Source: Phycisphaerales bacterium
GTDB lineage: Bacteria; Planctomycetota; Phycisphaerae; Phycisphaerales; UBA1924
Length of the DNA stretch: 64,000 bases
Direction: 5' to 3'
NCBI GenBank assembly: GCA_965227775.1
Contig: OZ245777.1
Coordinates: 1,792,001-1,856,000 of the forward strand
This document shows positions 57,270-64,000 of the stretch, one piece after another. The notes under the pieces are model-generated. The model was not told where the DNA came from. It was given only the letters and a program-made list of their open reading frames with translations, and searched no databases. The first letter of the stretch is position 1. Every line of letters begins with the position of its first letter. A program made the position numbers and the translations under genes.

Positions 57270-58715
57270 CTAGCCAGGTTCAGGTGCACCACCCGATTCG
57301 ACCGCGAAGCTGCGTTCGGCCTTGCGGGCCTGCCGCACGCCGCGGGTTTCGTGCACGCGGAGTGTGAGCAGCAGACCACCGGCGAAGAAGCCGGTCAATA
57401 GCAACAGAGACGCAGTCTCACCTGCGAACCGAGCCACGATGCCGAACCCCAGCACGCCCACTGCTCCGGCGAACTTGTACACCATGCCCCAGAGCCCGAA
57501 GAACTCCGCCGTGCGATGCGCGGGCGTCAGCCGACCGACCATCGACCGCGAAGCCGTGCCGATCCCGCCCAGCCCGAAACCCAGCCCATTGCCCACCACC
57601 CACACGGGCCACTGCGGCCCGCCGTGCGGCCAGATGATGCTCATCGCCACCATCGCCAGGCAGCTGACGACCCACACTGTGAGGTACACCAGCACGGTCG
57701 CCTTCGCGCCGATCCGATCCTGGAACGTGCTCGTGATGACCGCCGCGATGCCGGCCGTTACGGTGAGCTGCGCCGTAAATGCTACCAGGAGCACGTCTGT
57801 GAAGTTGAAGTCACGCGCGATGATCGCCGCAAACGCAATGAACGTCTGCACGCCAAATCCGTACACCAGGAACGCGACGAGGAAGCGGCGCAACTCCCCA
57901 AACTCGCCCGCCCCCGCGAGCGTCTTGCGCACTCGCCTAACGGCTTCCCGCAGAGGATCGACCGCCTCGATCGCTGGCCGCCGATCCTTCTTCAAGATCA
58001 ACCCCGGCGCGATGATCCCCAGGAGGAACCACACGCCCGCGAAGACGAAGAACACGCGCCACTGTGAAACGTCTCGCAGCCCGAATCCCAGCATCATGCC
58101 GAACACGATAATCAGAAGTGCAAGCGCGCCCAGGTAGCCCATCGTCCAGCCGATCGCGCTGATCCGCCCGATCGTCCGCCGAGTCGAAACGTCGGGCAGG
58201 AATGACGCCAGGAAGTTCTCGCCGACCTGGTAGCAAATGTTTGCCGGTATGTAGAGCGCCGCAGCCAGGATGACCATGCCCGGCCCGACGAAGCCTAGCA
58301 TGCACGTCAGCACGCCGCAGGCCACGCCCGTGGTCATCAGGATGAGTTTTCGCCTGCCGCGGATGTCGCCCCATGCGCCAATGAACGGGCTGACGGCCAC
58401 CACGATCAACAGCGACGTCCCCTGCATGAGCGACCAGGCCAGCTTGCCGCTCGCCTCGGCAGCTTGCACGCGGTCGTACGCGTCCTGCACCTTCCGTGGC
58501 GCGTCTTCCTTCTCGAGCTCGTTGTCGTGGATCAACTCGACCTGCGCAGCCACCGCCTCATCCAGGGCCGGCTGCGGCACGACCACCCGCGTGACGTACA
58601 CGCCGAACAGCAGCGTGATGATCAGCAGCGTGAAGCTCTGGTTGGCAAAGTCGAACATGCCCCACGCCCACACCTCCTTGGGGTTGGGCAGGCCATGGAA
58701 GGGGTTGAGCTTCAT
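57270..58715 (-). CDS. MFS transporter (UMF1/ATG22-like)
   Basis: Motifs WAWGMFDFANQSF, GRISAIGW..GYLG and SRS...RLTP....AEFFG. Confidence 0.88.
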   Translation of the reverse strand: MKLNPFHGLPNPKEVWAWGMFDFANQSFTLLIITLLFGVYVTRVVVPQPALDEAVAAQVELIHDNELEKEDAPRKVQDAYDRVQAAEASGKLAWSLMQGTSLLIVVAVSPFIGAWGDIRGRRKLILMTTGVACGVLTCMLGFVGPGMVILAAALYIPANICYQVGENFLASFLPDVSTRRTIGRISAIGWTMGYLGALALLIIVFGMMLGFGLRDVSQWRVFFVFAGVWFLLGIIAPGLILKKDRRPAIEAVDPLREAVRRVRKTLAGAGEFGELRRFLVAFLVYGFGVQTFIAFAAIIARDFNFTDVLLVAFTAQLTVTAGIAAVITSTFQDRIGAKATVLVYLTVWVVSCLAMVAMSIIWPHGGPQWPVWVVGNGLGFGLGGIGTASRSMVGRLTPAHRTAEFFGLWGMVYKFAGAVGVLGFGIVARFAGETASLLLLTGFFAGGLLLTLRVHETRGVRQARKAERSFAVESGGAPEPG

Positions 58716-59545
58716 GCACCGGCGTCCATCAGGTGCTTCTTGAAGAACTCGACCTGTAGGTTCTTGGCCTCGTTCGAGAATCGCCCGAAGCCCAGGTGTT
58801 CCTGCGGTGCGCCGGTCTTGGGCCACGTCTTCAGCTCGATCGCCGCCGGATCGCCGCCTCGGGCGCCATAGTGCTCTCGCAGCCGCTCGATGAATCGCTG
58901 TTGAACGGAGAACGGCACCAGCTCGTCCGCCTCGCTATGCAGTGCCAGCAGCGGCACGGGCTCGAAGCCGTCCAGGTGCGCCATTGGGTCGATCGCCTCG
59001 ACCGCCTCGCGGGCGTGGTCTACGGGCCAGCGGCTTGGGCCACCAGCGGTGGGGAAGTACAGCCCCTCGAGCCAGCCGGTCGTGGCCTCGACCGCTGCGC
59101 ACGAGAATCCGTGCGGCTCGCACAGCCGCCGCAGGGTCACCATGCCACCCGCTGAAATGCCACCGACGCCGAGCTTCTCACCATCGAACAACGCGGCGTG
59201 CGGCCCCCGCAGCAGCGCCTCGATCACCCGATCGACCTCCGGCAAAGCCTCGGTCAGCATGTCCACGGTGCCATCAGCGCTCTGCATCCGCTCATCGCTA
59301 CGGTCGCCATGCCCGGGCAGGTCGATCGCGCACACGGCGATGCCGGCACGGATCAGCCGCAGGTACCGCCCCGAGTCGATCTCCTTGCGGCTCGTTCGCC
59401 CGTGCATCCACAGGACGAGCGGCGTTCGGCCCTCCCAGTTGGGGTGGGCGATGAGCGTCGGAACGTCGCCCGCCAGCGTCTCAAACCTCGTCCGTTCCGC
59501 GAGCGCGCTCGCCAGCTTGAGCATCGATCCCGGATACCCGCCCAT
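58712..59545 (-). CDS. Alpha/beta hydrolase (YjfP-like esterase)
   Basis: Motifs LWMHG, DLPGHG, nucleophile elbow GISAGG and HSEADELVP. Start at 59545 (coupled to the upstream stop) or 59524. Confidence 0.8.
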   Translation of the reverse strand: MGGYPGSMLKLASALAERTRFETLAGDVPTLIAHPNWEGRTPLVLWMHGRTSRKEIDSGRYLRLIRAGIAVCAIDLPGHGDRSDERMQSADGTVDMLTEALPEVDRVIEALLRGPHAALFDGEKLGVGGISAGGMVTLRRLCEPHGFSCAAVEATTGWLEGLYFPTAGGPSRWPVDHAREAVEAIDPMAHLDGFEPVPLLALHSEADELVPFSVQQRFIERLREHYGARGGDPAAIELKTWPKTGAPQEHLGFGRFSNEAKNLQVEFFKKHLMDAGA

Positions 59546-60981
59546 CAGAGCACCATGGCCCGACCGGGTTCGGGCAACGCCGAAGGCTCGTAAGTGAGCC
59601 CCGCCGCCTCCGCCCACGCTGCGGCGCCGGAGAGTTCCAGCGTGCAGCCCGCCGGCACGCTGTGCCCGCGTGCACGCAGCCACGCTTCGGCCCGCGCGGT
59701 CTGCATGTGTCGCGCGCTCTCCACGCTGTCGACCCCGGTCGGGTTCTTCGTGGGCGCAAATTCATCCGCCCGCTCGACGCGCATCACCATCGACTCGCGC
59801 GCCACCGGGATCGCGTCGAACACGAACCGCTCGAGCTTTACCGCGTTCGGCTCGCTGGGCTCGACGCGCTGACCCGAGTCTAAGTCAACGTGCGGCACTT
59901 TCTTAAAGGCTCGGTGGAACGGCAGCGCGCCCTCGCCCGCGTCGTCTATGGCACGCAAGAACGCAACCGAAGCCGCGTGGATCGCGATCGATCCCGCCTC
60001 GAACCGGAGCTTGCCACTTTCGTTCGTTGCGCTCGCCAACTCATCAGGCAGGTCGGAGTACTCGACGACGCGTGTCTTGCCATCGCACACCGCGAACACG
60101 CCCACCTTCTCCGAAGCGCTCGCTTTGGCCACCATCTTGCTTGAGAACTCACCCGAACTCGGCGCGCCGCCCGCGCCAGAGTGCGCACCCAAGAACACCG
60201 GATCGATTGGCGTTACCAGCGGGTTGTCCACCTGGAAGTAGCTGAGCTGTTCTATACCATCGCGTTCGAGCAGATCGAGCTCACCTGACCTCGACAGCGC
60301 TCGCACGACGCCCCCGTGTCCATCGGGGTTGGTCGCGAGCGCTCCTCGCTCCCCGAGCAGCAGTCGCCCAGTCTTCGAGCAAAAACTCGGCATGACGCCC
60401 TGCTCGAAGAAGCGCAGCTGCTCGCGGTCGAGCCCCAGCCAGTCGTGCGCCTCGAAGAAGTCCAGCGTCTGCGCGTGGTTCTGCGGGCTGGTCATGATCA
60501 GCCAAGGAATCGACCGCCCCGCCCAGTCGCCCGCCGCCCGGATCTGGTCGGCAAACACATCGAACAAGGTCCGCCCGCTGGCCGGCCCGATCGGCAGCGT
60601 GCCCTTGGGCCCATCAAACCCCAGCCGCGTGCCCTGGCCGCCCGCGACCGTGAGCGCCGCAACCTTGCCGGCCTTGATGAGCGCGAGCCCAGCCGCCCGA
60701 GCTGCGTCGCCGTCGATCGCGTGATATCCCGCCGTACCGGTCGCACAGCACACCACGGGCGGCTCCATGCTGCCGAAGGTCTCGGCGGCACCAGGCTGCC
60801 GATACCGCTCGATCACGCCCGGTAGCGAGTCCCAATCGACCGCGGAAAGCTGGCGCGCAAACGCCGCCTTGGCATCGTGTTCCAACTCACCAACGAATGC
60901 CAGCAGGTGCCCCTGGCCGGCCTTCTCGACGGCGGGGGCGATGTCTTCGAGCGTGGTATCAGCGGGCGGCGAAGTGGTCAT
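59545..60981 (-). CDS. UDP-N-acetylglucosamine pyrophosphorylase (UDPGP type 1 family)
   Basis: Motifs AGGQGTRLG..GPKG, PDGHGG, VDN, EKVG, VEYSD, KLERFVFD and EFAP.KN. Confidence 0.9.
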   Translation of the reverse strand: MTTSPPADTTLEDIAPAVEKAGQGHLLAFVGELEHDAKAAFARQLSAVDWDSLPGVIERYRQPGAAETFGSMEPPVVCCATGTAGYHAIDGDAARAAGLALIKAGKVAALTVAGGQGTRLGFDGPKGTLPIGPASGRTLFDVFADQIRAAGDWAGRSIPWLIMTSPQNHAQTLDFFEAHDWLGLDREQLRFFEQGVMPSFCSKTGRLLLGERGALATNPDGHGGVVRALSRSGELDLLERDGIEQLSYFQVDNPLVTPIDPVFLGAHSGAGGAPSSGEFSSKMVAKASASEKVGVFAVCDGKTRVVEYSDLPDELASATNESGKLRFEAGSIAIHAASVAFLRAIDDAGEGALPFHRAFKKVPHVDLDSGQRVEPSEPNAVKLERFVFDAIPVARESMVMRVERADEFAPTKNPTGVDSVESARHMQTARAEAWLRARGHSVPAGCTLELSGAAAWAEAAGLTYEPSALPEPGRAMVL

Positions 60982-61076
60982 CGCGCGAGTCGTCCTCTCT
61001 TCGTCAATGCACGAGTCGGCCCATTTCTCGCGGGCCGGCCGATGGTAGAGCCCCGCGGGCGGTTTACGATCCCTTC

Positions 61077-61823
61077 ATGCCGACCCACGCCCAGAGCGAC
61101 GCCCACAGCACAACCCAGAACATGACCGCCACTGTGAACCCAATCACCCAGCCCCCGCACCTGCCACTCATCGCCCCTTCGATCCTCGCGGCCGATTACG
61201 CGCGTCTGGGTGATGAATGCCGCTGCGCGTTGGACGCCGGCGGCGACCTCCTGCACTACGACGTCATGGACGGCCACCTGGTGCCGAACCTCGCCCTGGG
61301 TGTTGACATGCTCGCCTCGCTGAAGGCAGACCTGCCCGACGCGTTCTTCGACGTCCACCTCATGATCGAGCGGCCCGACCTGTTCGCCGAGCCATTCGCC
61401 AAGGCCGGTGCCGGCCACCTGACCTTCCACATCGAGGCACTGGACGGCCGCGATGCTCGGGCCCTCTTCGATAGAGCCCGCTCCCTCGGCATGTCCGTCG
61501 GCATCGCGATCGACGGTCCGACGCCCATCGAGAAGGCCGATGACCTGCTGCCGCACTGCGACCTGGTGCTGGTCATGGCCATCCGGGCGGGCTTCGCGGG
61601 CCAGGCATTCGATCCGGCCGCTTTGGACAAGATCCGCCACGTCAGAAAGCTCGCGCCCGACATCCGAATCGAGGTCGACGGGGGCGTGGGCCCGAAGCAG
61701 GCGCCCGCATTGACTGAGGCCGGTGCCGACGTGCTCGCCGCAGCTTCGGCGGTGTTCAGGGTTTCCCCGCAAGATCGCGCGTCGGTCATTACCCAGATGC
61801 GCGGCGAAACGGGCAAGCCGTAG
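61077..61823 (+). CDS. rpe: Ribulose-phosphate 3-epimerase
   Basis: Motifs IAPSILAAD, H.DVMDGH.VPN, DVHLM, GFAGQ.F and EVDGG. Start 61077 has TACGAT 6 nt upstream; alternative start 61122. Confidence 0.93.
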   Translation: MPTHAQSDAHSTTQNMTATVNPITQPPHLPLIAPSILAADYARLGDECRCALDAGGDLLHYDVMDGHLVPNLALGVDMLASLKADLPDAFFDVHLMIERPDLFAEPFAKAGAGHLTFHIEALDGRDARALFDRARSLGMSVGIAIDGPTPIEKADDLLPHCDLVLVMAIRAGFAGQAFDPAALDKIRHVRKLAPDIRIEVDGGVGPKQAPALTEAGADVLAAASAVFRVSPQDRASVITQMRGETGKP

Positions 61824-62023
61824 CGATCAAACCGGCGCCGCCAGCGGTTATCCGGTCGTAGGGCTCGCATTCGGCGATCAGGATTCGTCAGGAATGCGAT
61901 GCTTTTGGTCTGAGCCGGGCGTATCGACCCGGTACAGTTCGGGTTCTCGGGGTTGCGACCGGGACCCGCCGACGACGCGAACGGGTTTGTGCCCGCCACC
62001 GCCGCCGGCTATGCGAGGAATGC

Positions 62024-62632
62024 ATGGCTACGCCTTCGGAATTGAATCTGCTGTTGGTGCGGTGCTCTCGGACCGAGTGGGATGAGAACGGCCGCCTGGG
62101 CGGAGACTGCGACCTGCCCGCCTGCAAGGCCTGGGGAGAAGAGCTGACGGCCGCGCTGCGCGACCACGATCTGGCTGCTATCACCGGCATCCTGACCAGC
62201 CCCGATGAGGCATCGAGCCAGACGGCCCACCACATCGGCAAGCTGATCGACCGCAAGGTCCGCACCATCGACGACCTGCGTGAGATCGACCTGGGCCTGT
62301 GGGAAGGCCAGCGGATGGAGCAACTCGAGGATCGCTTCCCTGGCGCCTTCAAGCAGTGGAAGGAAGACCCCACGTCGGTCGTCGCGCCCGAGGGCGAGTC
62401 ATTTGCCGACGCCGAGGTCCGGTTGCTCAACGCGCTGGCCAAGGGCCTCGATAAGCTCAACGGCAAGGGCAAGAACGTCGCGGTGGTCGTGCGCCCAATG
62501 GCCTTCCACGTGCTGCTGAACCGCTTCGAGGGCCGCGACATGGCCGACGGCTGGGATGCCACCGCTGCCGGCCCGAAGCTGGCCGCACTGCGGGTGCGTC
62601 GCGACGAGATCGTGCCCGCACGGGCCGTGTAG
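62024..62632 (+). CDS. Histidine phosphatase (PGAM) fold protein lacking the catalytic histidines
   Basis: LVRCSRTEW where RHG is expected, LREIDLGLWEG, PEGES, and VVVRP where VxHG is expected. Confidence 0.75.
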   Translation: MATPSELNLLLVRCSRTEWDENGRLGGDCDLPACKAWGEELTAALRDHDLAAITGILTSPDEASSQTAHHIGKLIDRKVRTIDDLREIDLGLWEGQRMEQLEDRFPGAFKQWKEDPTSVVAPEGESFADAEVRLLNALAKGLDKLNGKGKNVAVVVRPMAFHVLLNRFEGRDMADGWDATAAGPKLAALRVRRDEIVPARAV

Positions 62633-62714
62633 GGCGTCGCTGCCGCGACCGGCCCCGGCCACGTCCGAGAACAAAAACTGAATCCTTAGAGCCCCGATGG
62701 CCAACAATCGGTCC

Positions 62715-63575
62715 ATGGCATCGACGACAGCCACGACCACCAAGTCGCCGCGCACCTGGTCGGACCTCCGGCCCGAGCGGCGCAGCCAGGTTCCCGAGGG
62801 CCTGTGGCTGCGCTGCCCAGGGTGCGAGCAACTGATCTACCGCAAGCAGATGGAGGCGAATCTCCACGTCTGCCCCGAGTGCGGGCACCACTACCGAATC
62901 CAGGCCGGCGAGCGCATCTCCCAGCTTGCCGACCAGGGCAGCTTCGAGGCCATGTTCGAAGACCTGCGCCCGAGGGACCCGCTGAAGTTCGAGGACCTCA
63001 AGCCCTACGCCGGTCGCCTAGCGGCCGAGCAGAAGCGCACGGGCCGGCATGACGCCGTCGTCGCGGGCGTTGGCTTCATCAAGGGTCGCCAGGCGGTCCT
63101 GTGCTCGCTCGATCTCGGGTTCATGATGGGTTCGATGGGCAGCGTCGTGGGCGAGACCGTCACGCGTTCGATCGAATTGGCGACCGAGCGCAAGCTGCCG
63201 ATCATCGTTGTCAGCTGCTCGGGCGGCGCGCGCATGCAGGAGAGCACGCTGAGCCTGATGCAGATGGCCAAGAGCAGCGCCGCGCTGGCGCGCCACGACA
63301 AGGCCGGCGGGCTGTTCATCAGCGTGCTGGCCGACCCGACGACCGGTGGGGTGACGGCTTCGTTCGCGATGCTGGGTGACGTGATCATCGCCGAGCCGGG
63401 CGCGCTCATCGGCTTCGCGGGCCCGCGCGTCATCCGCCAGACCATCCGCCAGGAGCTGCCCGAGGGCTTCCAGCGTTCGGAGTTCTGCCTCGATCACGGG
63501 CTGATCGACAAGATCGTGCACCGGGCCGAGCTTCGCAACGAACTCGCACGCCTGATCGACTACGCCGGCCTGTGA
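62715..63575 (+). CDS. accD: Acetyl-CoA carboxylase carboxyltransferase beta subunit
   Basis: LWLRCPGC...CPECGHH, FMMGSMG, SGGARMQE, PTTGGV.ASFA and GFAGPRVI. Alternative start 62697. Confidence 0.95.
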   Translation: MASTTATTTKSPRTWSDLRPERRSQVPEGLWLRCPGCEQLIYRKQMEANLHVCPECGHHYRIQAGERISQLADQGSFEAMFEDLRPRDPLKFEDLKPYAGRLAAEQKRTGRHDAVVAGVGFIKGRQAVLCSLDLGFMMGSMGSVVGETVTRSIELATERKLPIIVVSCSGGARMQESTLSLMQMAKSSAALARHDKAGGLFISVLADPTTGGVTASFAMLGDVIIAEPGALIGFAGPRVIRQTIRQELPEGFQRSEFCLDHGLIDKIVHRAELRNELARLIDYAGL

Positions 63576-64000
63576 CCGCCCAGGCCCGCAGCGCCGCCCT
63601 CGTGCGCCCGACTAAGGGCCTGCACTGGGCGCTCTTCGGGGGCGCCGCAGGTTTCTCGTACGCCATCTTGGGCCTGCTCGCCAGCGAGCCACTGGCGTGG
63701 TGGCCGTTTGCACTCGTCGCTCCGGCGCCATTGATGGCGATCGCGATCTTCGTAAGCAAAGCAGGCCGCCGAGCTATCTGGCGGACAGCCGCCGGCGCCT
63801 GGGTCGGGTCGCTTCCGTTGTGGGTCATCACGCACGCGTGGATGTTCAAGGTCTCGCCGGTTGGCTTCTTCCCGGGCATGCTGTTGCAGGGCTCGTGGGC
63901 TGGTGTCTTCGTCCTGCTCGCGGCCATCGCCGTGCGCGGGCGCGGCGGGCCAGTCCTCACGGCGTTCCTGCTCGCGATCACGTGGTCATTCGTCGAGGTG
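63572..64000 (+). CDS. lnt: Partial CDS, probable apolipoprotein N-acyltransferase N-terminal TM region
   Basis: Manual translation from a GTG overlapping the accD stop: 143 open codons, multi-TM, with EPLAWWPFALVAPAPL...W...TWSFVE resembling Lnt. The catalytic domain lies outside the window. Confidence 0.6.
   Translation, partial: MTAQARSAALVRPTKGLHWALFGGAAGFSYAILGLLASEPLAWWPFALVAPAPLMAIAIFVSKAGRRAIWRTAAGAWVGSLPLWVITHAWMFKVSPVGFFPGMLLQGSWAGVFVLLAAIAVRGRGGPVLTAFLLAITWSFVEV

Noticed and set aside
1..64000. tRNA, rRNA, IS elements, integrases or prophage
   Set aside because: None were recognised, and intergenic gaps are short with no cloverleaf or transposase motifs. Small ncRNAs cannot be excluded without an Infernal search.

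Overview
GC-rich bacterial chromosomal segment of about 59 protein-coding genes, mostly housekeeping. The organism is inferred to be Planctomycetota, Phycisphaerales-like, from two PEP-CTERM-like VPAPAS...RRR proteins, two paralogues ending in RRRARGRCxxCxY...CPECG, and an H-Xn-DG pilin-like protein. Recognisable genes: PPi-type pfk, prmC, polA, a RhlE-like helicase, HU, ispF, thrS, hppD, phoU, eno, tgt-yajC-secDF, hldD-like and UDP-GlcA decarboxylase genes, cobB, lysC, rpe, accD and a partial lnt. I saw no rRNA, tRNA, CRISPR array, transposase or integrase. Main findings: (1) an unannotated 19-aa leader peptide with 8 consecutive Thr codons, plus terminator and antiterminator, directly upstream of thrS, i.e. 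a probable ribosome-mediated attenuator on a leaderless transcript; (2) a TAnnnT -10 hexamer 5-9 nt before the start codon of about 15 genes, suggesting pervasive leaderless transcription; (3) a His-rich metal-handling cluster pairing a ZnuA-type binding protein with a MacB/FtsX-type ABC system and an uncharacterised HWGHxH protein; (4) a cysteine dioxygenase with the mammalian-type Cys/Tyr crosslink pair; (5) a decayed duplicate of the 3' end of the PQQ sugar dehydrogenase gene flanking a Kef antiporter; (6) several apparent pseudo-enzymes. All calls come from reading the sequence by eye; no database searches were run.
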